A stretch of 64,000 nt of DNA. Origin: Candidatus Altimarinota bacterium. GTDB taxonomy: Bacteria; Patescibacteriota; Gracilibacteria; 1-14-2-50-48-13. The stretch spans positions 1,184,001 through 1,248,000 of the forward strand of contig JBKBWQ010000001.1 of assembly GCA_046314355.1 (NCBI GenBank), read 5' to 3'. Below the pieces are notes generated by a model. That model worked only from the letters and a program-made list of their open reading frames with translations, had not been told where the DNA came from and made no database searches. The translations under genes and the position numbers were made by a program. Numbering within the stretch: position 1 is the first letter of the stretch; each line of letters begins with the position of its first letter. Positions 9,934 through 19,207 of this stretch are shown piece after piece.

Positions 9934-11301
9934 TTATTTTCGAGGTAGAGCACATCTTTGATCTTGCGGATCAAAAATTGTTTTTTCTAATGTACGATGA
10001 TTGAGAAATTTCGAAATTCTTTTTCCTCCAAATATAGAAGAAAGAATTCCTACTCCATTACAGCCGAGATTATATAGTAGTACAGGATTGCAGGGCTCAG
10101 GTCCAATGAGACGGACTCCATTTTTTGTATAACCCATAAGCCCATGCCATTTGAAAGTATAGGCGGGTTTGTGTTTATAAGTTTTTACTACAAAATTATC
10201 AATAGCGGTCTCAGCATCTTTTCTAAACTCGTGATCACGGATATACATAGATTTATCAGGCAGTGGCTGCTCTGGTCCACCGATACAGACAAGATTGTGC
10301 TGCTTGCCTTTTTCGTATTCATACTTTCTGCGAGTTACATAGAAATAAGGTTCATATGCATCTGCTCCAGTTGTTGTAAAGTATGAGATCGCAGTAGGTA
10401 TCTTTTCTGGATCCGTGAGATATCCTGACATATATCCGACAAGTCCGCTAACTTCCTCATGAAACTTGAGATCAATATCACTTCCTAAAGTATTTAATAT
10501 TTTTATATATTCAAATCCATTTGTACAAAGAACTGCTCTCTTAGTCGTGGTTGTACAAGCTTTTGTGACTACCACGGCATGATCCTTCTCAAGTATTAAT
10601 TCCTGAACAGGAGCTTCTTCAAATACCTGAAACCTCGTAGAATATTTCTCTAAAAGATACCCTATAATCTCCTCACAAAGCATGGCACTATTGATACAGC
10701 CTTTACGTGTAGAGAGCAGTGCAAGATAGCTACTATCCTCAGTCTCTAATCTTTCAAGTATGTGAGACTGAGGAACGGGAGCGCAGAGAGATTGAAATTC
10801 CTCAGGCAACTCTTCTATTTTTACAAACTCCTCTGCAATAAGAATGCTCTCTATATCCAATCCTTCTTTATGTCGTAGTTTTTTATTATTCAAATGTAAG
10901 AGAAGCTGGTCAAGGCTTGAACAGCCAGCGTATCCTGTACAGACACTAAAAGGAGTCTGGAGTTCTGCTTCCGCTATGATTTCTACTAGTAAATCCCACG
11001 CATGTCTGAGAGATTCGATACCTCGAGTCGCCATGTCTAGACCGAACTCCTCCACGAGTTCTGAGAAGGGTCGTTCAAAGTATGCAACTACCTGTCCTGC
11101 ATTATGTCCAGTAGCCCCATGAGCGATCTTACCTGCATCTATGAGAGTAACAGTTTTTTCAGTATCTCTCAGAGTAAAGTATGCTGTCATAGTTCCAGCA
11201 ATACCGCCTCCAATGATCGCCACATCTGCCTCATGACTTTCACATAAGGTTTTGACTGGTCGCGTTCGTGCGAGCTGGTGTATCCAAGGAGATAAATTCA
11301 T
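9934..11301 (-). CDS. FAD-dependent oxidoreductase (DadA/PuuB-like)
   Basis: DVAIIGGGIAG; GATGHNAG; WHGLMGYT; GCNGVG. Start taken at MNLSPW. Confidence 0.85.
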   Translation of the reverse strand: MNLSPWIHQLARTRPVKTLCESHEADVAIIGGGIAGTMTAYFTLRDTEKTVTLIDAGKIAHGATGHNAGQVVAYFERPFSELVEEFGLDMATRGIESLRHAWDLLVEIIAEAELQTPFSVCTGYAGCSSLDQLLLHLNNKKLRHKEGLDIESILIAEEFVKIEELPEEFQSLCAPVPQSHILERLETEDSSYLALLSTRKGCINSAMLCEEIIGYLLEKYSTRFQVFEEAPVQELILEKDHAVVVTKACTTTTKRAVLCTNGFEYIKILNTLGSDIDLKFHEEVSGLVGYMSGYLTDPEKIPTAISYFTTTGADAYEPYFYVTRRKYEYEKGKQHNLVCIGGPEQPLPDKSMYIRDHEFRKDAETAIDNFVVKTYKHKPAYTFKWHGLMGYTKNGVRLIGPEPCNPVLLYNLGCNGVGILSSIFGGKRISKFLNHRTLEKTIFDPQDQRCALPRK

Positions 11302-11429
11302 GAAGAATAATGAAAAACTAATCATATAATTATATCATAGAGAGAGAGAAATTTGCTCTATTGACTTACAAATTTTGCTACTTATATTACCTTTGTTCAA
11401 TAATCATACTTGAAAGGAGTATTTAGAAG

Positions 11430-11753
11430 ATGAACGATAAAATAAAAAACGAGGCAATAGAGTATGCAGATGCGTACATTGAAAAGCTAAAAGGAGGTCG
11501 GCTTAATAAGGATGATACGGAAATGTTTCAGCAGGCAATAAAGAAACATATCTCTGGGAAACGAGATAATGACATATTAATAAGACACTTTGCTTTAGGC
11601 GGTACTAAGGAAAGTCTAGAGTCCATTGGTAAAACGTATGGAATCACAAGAGAACGAGTGAGACAAATCGAAGAAAGGGCTCTAGTTATCTTGAAAGAAG
11701 GAATAAGGGATGATTACTATGAAAAACAAAAAACCATTTATTCTATGAAATAA
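11430..11753 (+). CDS. Stand-alone sigma-70 region 4 HTH protein
   Basis: SLESIGKTYGITRERVRQIEERAL matches primary-sigma region 4.2; AAGGAG SD; own promoter and terminator. Confidence 0.8.
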   Translation: MNDKIKNEAIEYADAYIEKLKGGRLNKDDTEMFQQAIKKHISGKRDNDILIRHFALGGTKESLESIGKTYGITRERVRQIEERALVILKEGIRDDYYEKQKTIYSMK

Positions 11754-11977
11754 ATGAATAGAGATTCTTTTCAGAATCTCTATTATTATTTAAAAAAAAT
11801 ATCCTCGTTACCTCACTAAGGAACAAGCAGAATCAGAGTTTTTGAAAGGGATACTTGCGAGCAATGAATACGGTTTATGACTCCTTAGAGTGGTAGAAGT
11901 GATGAAATCTATTCAGAGCTAAGGTTGTAAAAATATAGAATTTTGATAGAGTAGTAATCATAACTAACTCTTCCCTT

Positions 11978-12298
11978 ATGAAAGAATATAATAAACTTAT
12001 ACGTGATAATATTCCGGCTATTATTGCTTCCACAGGGAAACATGCTGAGATTGAAGTTCTGGAAGATAATACAATAATTGCTGCATTGAAGAATAAGTTA
12101 GAGGAAGAAGTGAAGGAAGTAATTGAAGCATCAGATAGGGAAGAGGTATTGGAAGAATTGGCTGATGTTCTTGAGATCGTTGATTCTTTGGCTCGTGAAC
12201 ATGGCTGGAATCTTGAGGATGTACTCAAAAAGAAAGAGGAGAAAAGAGCTCTTCGAGGAGGATTTGAGAAGAGGTTATTTTTGAAACATGTAGAATAG
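11978..12298 (+). CDS. MazG-like / phosphoribosyl-ATP pyrophosphohydrolase-like nucleotide pyrophosphatase
   Basis: YNKLIRDNIP; KLEEEVKE; EELADVLE; RGGFEKRLFL. Confidence 0.85.
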   Translation: MKEYNKLIRDNIPAIIASTGKHAEIEVLEDNTIIAALKNKLEEEVKEVIEASDREEVLEELADVLEIVDSLAREHGWNLEDVLKKKEEKRALRGGFEKRLFLKHVE

Positions 12299-12327
12299 TC
12301 AGCCTACATGCATATATCTTTTGAATT

Positions 12328-12359
12328 AAAAAACAGCCCCAACGAAGGAGCTGTTTTTT
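12328..12359. terminator. Bidirectional intrinsic terminator
   Basis: AAAAAACAGC...GCTGTTTTTT between convergent genes. Confidence 0.8.
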
Positions 12360-12367
12360 GTATATGT

Positions 12368-15300
12368 TTACTGCTGCTGTCTATACTTTATAGTACTCGC
12401 AAACATCCAGATAATATCCTCACGTGAAGCAAGATCGTTTGGATGGAATGTCTCATCAGTAGATGGTCCGATGATTCCTTTTTCAAAAGCATAACTTACG
12501 TATTTGTTATACCAAGACTGTGCATCATCCCATGCGATATCCTTATATGGTCTTGCTGCTCCGCTGAAAGTATTTGTACCATCACCCAATACCACTTCAA
12601 GTATGATTTTTAGAGCTTCAGCTCTGGAGATATTATTATCAGGTTTGTAAGTACCGTCTGTAAGATATCCTGAGATAATATGTCGCATCTTTGCGAGTGT
12701 TATATATAGTGCGTCTTTATGACTGATAAGTACATCTGGGAATGGTGCTGTTTTTACAACAGTCTGTGCGAAGATTTCACAGCTTCCCTGTACTACAATA
12801 CGGAGCATTTCAGATCTGGAGAGTTTATCTGCAGGTCTGAAGCTTCCCATCTCTGTATCAAAAGCAACGCCTTTGAGCTGAAGAGCTACGACGAAGTCTC
12901 GGAGAGTATCATTTGAAATATCTGTAAATCTTGCAGTTGCAGAACTTGCTGTACATATATTTTGCGTTGGATCAATTGAAGAGGGAAGATGAAGAAGCTT
13001 TCCAAGACGATCTCTAGAGAGCAATGGTGCTGGCTGAGAAATGTTTATATCAGCATCTCTAGGGGCAGTATTGTTAGTAGTTGAATTTGAATTTGTTTGG
13101 GTATTTGGACTAGTTGTTGTGTTGTTTGTGTTAGTATTTTCATCCGGAGCACTATGAACTGAATTTGTATTACTGTTTACTGTTGGAGCATTTATATTAG
13201 CATTTACAGTAGTCGGAACTGTGGATGTGTATCCGCCACCACCTCCGCTGAAGGAGGGCGCTGGAACTGCTACAGGAGCCGTATATTGGAAAGATGAACT
13301 AGCAGAGAACGCACCCTGTCCAACAGCATCAAAGAATGCAATTCTCCAATAATAAGTAGTACCTGAAGTAGGTGTGAACCCAAGGACGCTCAAATCTGGA
13401 GAACGTGCTCCAATAGCAGTTGCAGTCATTGCTGTTCCACCGGCTCCTGTATCCTGAACAATAGAAGTAAATGCATTATCTGTTGCTATTTGAATTCGAT
13501 AAGCGGAAGAGGTATCACCAATATTTGTATCATTAAATACTGAAGAGAATACTACTGGAGTACTTGTGATGCTGCTGGGACTAGCATTTCCGGTCTGCGC
13601 AGTCGCTGTCTGTGAGTTTGAAAATGGGTTTGTTGGAGCTGTTGGAAGTGCATTTACTACGGCTGCACCCGCATCAGTAATGTTTACTGTAGTTGATGGC
13701 GTAGCTGCACCGTCATAGTCTGTATCAAGAGAACTCACTGTATAATCAATAGTAGCTGTTCTATTTATTCCGGCTGTAAGGTCATTTGGAATACTGACCT
13801 CCACCACTTGAGGTGAATTCCAGTTAGAAGTGGTAAATGTAACGCTAGGGGTACTTGTTTCTAGCCCGCCATTCGCTGTAAATGAAACAGTGACATCGCT
13901 AGTTGGAGCAGTGCTGAGTTCAATAGTAAATATATCTGCAGCTCCGCCTTCCGTAACATCAGTACTGCCTCCAGTCTCTGTAATGATCGGATAGACATTA
14001 AAGAGCATGTTCATAGTAAAGTTTTCCGTGCTCTGAGTGCCCGCTGAGATAGAGGACGCAAATGCTCCAAAAGTAGGTGCTGCTGCCCAGATGCCTGAAG
14101 AAGCTCCGCCAAGTGTATAACTTGGGATAGATGCGATATCATCTATCTGAAAAGCTAAATAGTAATCTCCTGCTGCAAGCGCAAGGGTACTTGGAGTTCC
14201 TGAAGAAATAGGTGCAGTTATAAGATCTCCACCCGCTGTGTTTGCTATTGTTCCGCTGTCCCACAACAGATTGCCTGCGAGAGAATAAAGACCAAGACGT
14301 ACATTTCCTGAAGCGGAGTGAGAATAAAATTTAAGATTATTTACACTGGTTGCAGGACTAGCAAGAGTGATCTTAGTACCAAGTGTAAGTCCTTTGTAAG
14401 ACGTAGTCAGTTTATGTATAACACCTGGGAAAGAGTATGTAGGTGCGTAGAGCATACCGTCGTCGGAAGAATAATTCATATCCATGATTTGATCCGAGAA
14501 AGTACTCGTGTATGTCCCAATTCTAGTTAGTGTATCGAGATCAAATTTTATAATTTTACTTGATCCACTTACAACTGTTGCAACGTAACCAAATCCCCGA
14601 TCAGGCGCTATTGAAAATGTTCTTGCCGTGTTTTCTCCCGCATTAAAAACAAGATTTGAACCTCTTGTAAAGGTTGTAGTATCGATTGCAGTAATAGTTC
14701 CGGGATTGCCAAAGGTTCCTACATAGAGTTTATTTCTTGTAGTGTCCATTCTTAATCCGAGACTACCAAATCCTGATTCTGATGCGGTCATTGTTATTTC
14801 TGATACCACTGACATTGTAGAGAGATCTATCTTTAAGATCTTATTCTGACTAATGCCAAGGTCTCGTACTGATGTATAGGCAACGTTATTTGCAGGGTCA
14901 ACTTCAATTCTAGATGCATTTGCATATACGCCCCCTAAAACAGTTGAAGAAGTAATAGTGAAACTTGCGAGGTCAATCTTATAGATTCGGGATGCAACTG
15001 CATTGGTAATAAAGTAACCTGTTGTACCGTCAGAAGTGATGTATCCCTGCTGGGCATCGACACTCTGATCAAGTACGAGATTTGCTTCTAAGGCAAGTGT
15101 GTCGGCATTGAGACGATAGATGCTTCCTGGACTGAATCCGCCAAAGGGATTGATTGTACTTACGTAGAGTTTATTATTGAAACTGTCATAGGTCAGAGCA
15201 TCTCCAATAGAAATCCAGACATTGTTTGGAAATGCATATTCAGCTTCTCGTGCAAGAGTATCCTTATTGATTCGTATTACTTTGTAAGGATTATTTCCTG

Positions 15301-16489
15301 TAATAGTGAAGACTGCATTAATAGACGGTACTGTAAGGACATTCAAACTTGTATCTTCTGCTGTGGGCATAGTAAGACTACCATCTATACTAAAAGTCGG
15401 ACTATCTATTTTTACAACGATACCTGGATCATCGTAGACAGCAAGGTACACCTTTTCAGTAGTAGGATCAAAGGTTGCACCATAGACGCTTCCTGCAGTT
15501 TGTGTAATGGACCCTTCTCTCGTAAATGTTGCCAGATCTATTTTTATAACATTATTTGCATTTTCAAAGGTCGTAAAATATGCTTTACCATTTACGCTAT
15601 CGATAGTGGCAGACCAAAGATATTCTTCTCCAGCATTAAGCGATAGTGTACCGTCAGTGGTAAAGTCGCTAAGCCGTATTCTTTCTATAAATCCCGGAGA
15701 ACTATTACCATCTCCTACATAGATATAGCCATTGTATACAGGTGTAGTGGCAGTCGCACTTACAACGTTAAGTGGAAGAGTAGTCCGCTGTGTAGGGTCA
15801 CTCATACTTACCTTTATCATCTGTGAAACTGGATAAGTACTTGTGACAAAGTATGCCTGTCCTGTTGCGGCGTCATAGGTTCCGCTCTGAATTGCGTCTT
15901 CACCTCCCCCTAATGTGTATACGCTTGTTTCTGTCATGGCTGCAAGATCTACTTTGATGACCTTGGCTGGATAACTATCCGTACCTATGAGAGCAGTCTG
16001 AGTTGTCTCATCAATGACTAGAGAACTACCATTATCTTCTCCTGCAGCAAGAGTCAAAACACTTACTACGCTGAAGTCACTGAGTCTTACCTTTGTAAGC
16101 TTCGTAGGCGACATATAGGATAGAAAATATGCATACCCATTTGTTGAGTCAATCTTTGCATCTATCAGACTATAATCATCTGTTTGTAAAAATCCGGCAT
16201 ATGAAAAATCGCTGAGTTTTACTTTTGTGATACCTCCGTTAGAATAATTTCCCAAGTAGAGATATCCGTTTGTACTATCAATGGCGCTCGCCCAATAGTC
16301 CTCGGCAGCACCGGTTGCGGTAAATTGATCTATCTTTCTGATATTTGGCTCAGGGTACGTGGTACTTCCTGGAGTAACTGTTCCAACTGTTGCTGCATTT
16401 GCTAAAGGTGCAGCAATGAGCAGAAAAGTAAGCAAGACCTTAAGAAATGGCTTGCTTAGAGCAAGAATGCGTTTTTGAAGTCTGAACAT
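12368..16489 (-). CDS. Large exported protein: beta-propeller repeats, Calx-beta/Ig-like and FN3-like domains, C-terminal SLH domains
   Basis: Signal peptide (PLANA); about 45-aa repeats (ID...GYAYF...KIDL.TF); FTTSNWNSPQ; YYWRIAF; SLH motifs (FRPADKLSRSE, YKPDNNISRAE, FHPNDLASRED). Confidence 0.8.
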   Translation of the reverse strand: MFRLQKRILALSKPFLKVLLTFLLIAAPLANAATVGTVTPGSTTYPEPNIRKIDQFTATGAAEDYWASAIDSTNGYLYLGNYSNGGITKVKLSDFSYAGFLQTDDYSLIDAKIDSTNGYAYFLSYMSPTKLTKVRLSDFSVVSVLTLAAGEDNGSSLVIDETTQTALIGTDSYPAKVIKVDLAAMTETSVYTLGGGEDAIQSGTYDAATGQAYFVTSTYPVSQMIKVSMSDPTQRTTLPLNVVSATATTPVYNGYIYVGDGNSSPGFIERIRLSDFTTDGTLSLNAGEEYLWSATIDSVNGKAYFTTFENANNVIKIDLATFTREGSITQTAGSVYGATFDPTTEKVYLAVYDDPGIVVKIDSPTFSIDGSLTMPTAEDTSLNVLTVPSINAVFTITGNNPYKVIRINKDTLAREAEYAFPNNVWISIGDALTYDSFNNKLYVSTINPFGGFSPGSIYRLNADTLALEANLVLDQSVDAQQGYITSDGTTGYFITNAVASRIYKIDLASFTITSSTVLGGVYANASRIEVDPANNVAYTSVRDLGISQNKILKIDLSTMSVVSEITMTASESGFGSLGLRMDTTRNKLYVGTFGNPGTITAIDTTTFTRGSNLVFNAGENTARTFSIAPDRGFGYVATVVSGSSKIIKFDLDTLTRIGTYTSTFSDQIMDMNYSSDDGMLYAPTYSFPGVIHKLTTSYKGLTLGTKITLASPATSVNNLKFYSHSASGNVRLGLYSLAGNLLWDSGTIANTAGGDLITAPISSGTPSTLALAAGDYYLAFQIDDIASIPSYTLGGASSGIWAAAPTFGAFASSISAGTQSTENFTMNMLFNVYPIITETGGSTDVTEGGAADIFTIELSTAPTSDVTVSFTANGGLETSTPSVTFTTSNWNSPQVVEVSIPNDLTAGINRTATIDYTVSSLDTDYDGAATPSTTVNITDAGAAVVNALPTAPTNPFSNSQTATAQTGNASPSSITSTPVVFSSVFNDTNIGDTSSAYRIQIATDNAFTSIVQDTGAGGTAMTATAIGARSPDLSVLGFTPTSGTTYYWRIAFFDAVGQGAFSASSSFQYTAPVAVPAPSFSGGGGGYTSTVPTTVNANINAPTVNSNTNSVHSAPDENTNTNNTTTSPNTQTNSNSTTNNTAPRDADINISQPAPLLSRDRLGKLLHLPSSIDPTQNICTASSATARFTDISNDTLRDFVVALQLKGVAFDTEMGSFRPADKLSRSEMLRIVVQGSCEIFAQTVVKTAPFPDVLISHKDALYITLAKMRHIISGYLTDGTYKPDNNISRAEALKIILEVVLGDGTNTFSGAARPYKDIAWDDAQSWYNKYVSYAFEKGIIGPSTDETFHPNDLASREDIIWMFASTIKYRQQQ

Positions 16490-16565
16490 TTTTGTGTTGA
16501 AGAGAAGTAATACACTATAAGTATATCACACACTATATTTAAATATTGTAAAATATCTTCAAATT

Positions 16566-17930
16566 CTATGAACACTGCTGCACATACAACTTAAATTGTT
16601 TTCCCTTATCCTCAAAATTCTTAAAAATGCTATAACTTGGAGATGCGCAGGAGAGAAGACAGATAGTATCAGCAGGAGTTGAACTATATGCATCTTGTAC
16701 ACAGTGCTGCATATCTGAAACAAAAGAATGTGACGGTAGTTCCATTGCTGCTGCGTTCTCAGAGATAATATCCCAGATCTTTTTACCTGAATCTGGAAGC
16801 AGTATGATGTGAGAGATTTTGTTTTCTAAAACTACTTTGGCAAGCTCTGCAAAATCATATCCTCTATCAAGCCCACCTAAAATAATGGTACCGATCTTTT
16901 TAGGCATGGCATTGATGGCAGCGATTGTTGATTCGGGAGTAGTGGAGATAGCATCATTGTAGAATGTGATTCCTCTAAAGGTTCCGACTTCTTCCAGGCG
17001 GTGCTCGAGTCCCGTAAACTCTGATACGGTATCTTCTATAGTTTTATTATTCACACCGTAGTGTTTTACCACTCCGATCACTCCCAGGATATTCTCAAGA
17101 TTATGTTTTCCGATAAGCTGAATCTTTTCGAGATAGACCACCTTTTCATTTTTATAGTAAAGCCCGTCTTCTTTTATCTGACTTATATTTCCATCGTTAA
17201 AAGGAGCTTTTACACACGTCAGATTCTCTGCAAACTCTACAACTTTCTCTGACTGGGCATTATATACAAAAATGTCATCTGTTTTCATATTTTTTGCAAT
17301 ACTGCTCTTTGCCTTAAAGTATTCTTCTATATTACCATGATGATCTATATGGTCAGGGAAGAAGCTGGTAAATACTCCCACATGCGGCGCATATTTGAAG
17401 TCTTCAAGCTGATAACTCGACATTTCAAAGACATAGAGCTGGTCAGGAGTTTCTTTACCTAGATATGCGATAGCCGGTTCTCCGATATTTCCGATAAGTT
17501 CCACATTCTTACCCGCATTCTTTAGTATCTGATAAATAAGGGTAGAAGTAGTACTTTTTCCCTTTGATCCGGTGACAGCGATGATCTCTGCTGTGGTATT
17601 TGCATAGAAAATATTTGTAGAAGAGGTTATAGTTTGCCCTCTTTCTACTGCTGCTTTGATGCTTGGATCAAGATAAGAAAGACCTGGGATCTTGATAATA
17701 ATATCAAATTTTTCAAGATGACTGAGGTACTGTTCCTTCAGTAAAAGTTCAGGCTTGTATGTACCTATAAGTTTTTGAGCATCTGCGGGAAACTCCTCTA
17801 GTGCTCTCGTATCAGTAATTGTAATTCTACTCTCAGGAAGATTTTTTTTCAGAAAAGAAAAAGTAGCCATGCCTTCGCGGGCGAAGCCGATGATGAGGAT
17901 AGATTTATTTTTGAGTTCTTGAAGATCCAT
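16566..17930 (-). CDS. murD: UDP-MurNAc-L-Ala:glutamate ligase, probably the L-Glu-specific MurD2 type
   Basis: VTGSKGKSTT; EMSSYQL; DHIDHH; HRLE; NDAISTTPES in place of canonical NDSK(A/G)TN; murL nearby. Confidence 0.85.
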   Translation of the reverse strand: MDLQELKNKSILIIGFAREGMATFSFLKKNLPESRITITDTRALEEFPADAQKLIGTYKPELLLKEQYLSHLEKFDIIIKIPGLSYLDPSIKAAVERGQTITSSTNIFYANTTAEIIAVTGSKGKSTTSTLIYQILKNAGKNVELIGNIGEPAIAYLGKETPDQLYVFEMSSYQLEDFKYAPHVGVFTSFFPDHIDHHGNIEEYFKAKSSIAKNMKTDDIFVYNAQSEKVVEFAENLTCVKAPFNDGNISQIKEDGLYYKNEKVVYLEKIQLIGKHNLENILGVIGVVKHYGVNNKTIEDTVSEFTGLEHRLEEVGTFRGITFYNDAISTTPESTIAAINAMPKKIGTIILGGLDRGYDFAELAKVVLENKISHIILLPDSGKKIWDIISENAAAMELPSHSFVSDMQHCVQDAYSSTPADTICLLSCASPSYSIFKNFEDKGKQFKLYVQQCS

Positions 17931-18151
17931 AAATTAATTCTACGTAATGTAGGCTTAGTGTAGTAGGAAACTACTAAAATGGAAACTAAAAATTTATTGC
18001 TACTGTTGTAAATTTTTATGAACACTTCTTCAGAAATGTAGTTTCAAAGTTTATAGAAATACTTATGCTCATTCTATAATATCAGTGATCTTTACTCGTA
18101 ATTACCTTTTATGTTACAATTTCTATGAAATTAATTAATTTAGATAATTTT

Positions 18152-18403
18152 ATGAATTATACATTAAAGCTTTTTAATACAGGACAAGTAACCCTGCCAA
18201 AGAAATGGAGGGAAAAATATTCTACTGAGCATTTTACTGCAGAAGAAACTGTAGATGGATTACTTATACGCCCTTTGATCGTAGATGAAGAACAAGATGT
18301 AGTATACTACGAAAACAAAGAAGGGTTTGGAATCTACTCAAATAAGGGATTAGATGCCACGAAGATTTTAGAAGAGATTACTAAGCTTCATGGACAAGAT
18401 TAA
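18152..18403 (+). CDS. AbrB/MazE-family antitoxin
   Basis: GQVTLPKKWREKY swapped-hairpin motif; overlaps the next gene; palindrome AAATTAATTAATTT at 18128-18141 upstream. Confidence 0.75.
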   Translation: MNYTLKLFNTGQVTLPKKWREKYSTEHFTAEETVDGLLIRPLIVDEEQDVVYYENKEGFGIYSNKGLDATKILEEITKLHGQD

Positions 18404-18629
18404 TAAATTCCTAAAGAATCTTTCTCACAGCGAAAGAGAGCTTTTAAGAGAAATTATTCTGCGGATTGTTCAGAATAATCTAGAGACACTAGATGTAAAA
18501 AAGCTTCAAAGTACGAAGAATTTATACCGCATACGAAAGGGAAATATTAGAATAGTATTTGTGAAACAGAAGTCTCAGAATGTGCTCATAAACATTTATT
18601 TTAGAAAAGATGCCTATAAGGATTTATAA
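18390..18629 (+). CDS. RelE/ParE-family toxin
   Basis: KFLKNL; DVKKLQ; YRIRKGNIRIVF; FRKDAYK; 79 aa, basic. Confidence 0.8.
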   Translation: MDKINKFLKNLSHSERELLREIILRIVQNNLETLDVKKLQSTKNLYRIRKGNIRIVFVKQKSQNVLINIYFRKDAYKDL

Positions 18630-18723
18630 GCATTGCGGTAGGAGGTATCATTGACTTTTTCTAGTATCAGTCTAGGATCTGTCAAAATAAAAATTATTAC
18701 AGACAAAATCTAAAGGAGAAAAA

Positions 18724-19122
18724 ATGAACAGATCACTAGCAATAGGAACAGGAATAGGATTTATGGTCTACATACTACTTTGTATTATGGCACTTAAATT
18801 ATCGGATTCCTTTGGTATTACGGTGGATGGAGATATGGGAATGGTGGGTTATATCCGGGCATGGATATTCGTTATAGGAGTGGGATTTGTTCCTGCAGCT
18901 ATTATAGCGAGAGAAAAATATAATGAATATCAAGAGAAGCCGGCTTTAAGTTTTCTTATTGGTGCGGCACATCCTTTATTGCTACTGACAATCGTATTCA
19001 TTCTTTTAAGACTTGCTGTAGGAGCGGAACAAACTGGAATGATGACAACTCTTGGCGCCGGATATGTATGTAACTTTTTCGTACTTGGCTGGTTTGCATA
19101 CCGTCACTTTCCCAAAGAATAA
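18724..19122 (+). CDS. Hypothetical 4-TM membrane protein
   Basis: Hydrophobic 132-aa ORF; AAGGAG SD; TTGACT-16-TAGGAT promoter; terminator at 19147-19186. Confidence 0.7.
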   Translation: MNRSLAIGTGIGFMVYILLCIMALKLSDSFGITVDGDMGMVGYIRAWIFVIGVGFVPAAIIAREKYNEYQEKPALSFLIGAAHPLLLLTIVFILLRLAVGAEQTGMMTTLGAGYVCNFFVLGWFAYRHFPKE

Positions 19123-19207
19123 AAAACAAAGAATGCTTCAAATAATAAAAAAGCCCTGAAGATCTAAAAATCCTAGGGCTTATTTTATAGTATGAGACAA
19201 ACGATCT

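Noticed and set aside
11800-11922. Protein-like fragment with internal TGA and a 12/14 inverted repeat (11809-11822 / 11882-11895)
   Set aside because: No start codon and no recognisable homology; too weak to call a pseudogene or ncRNA.
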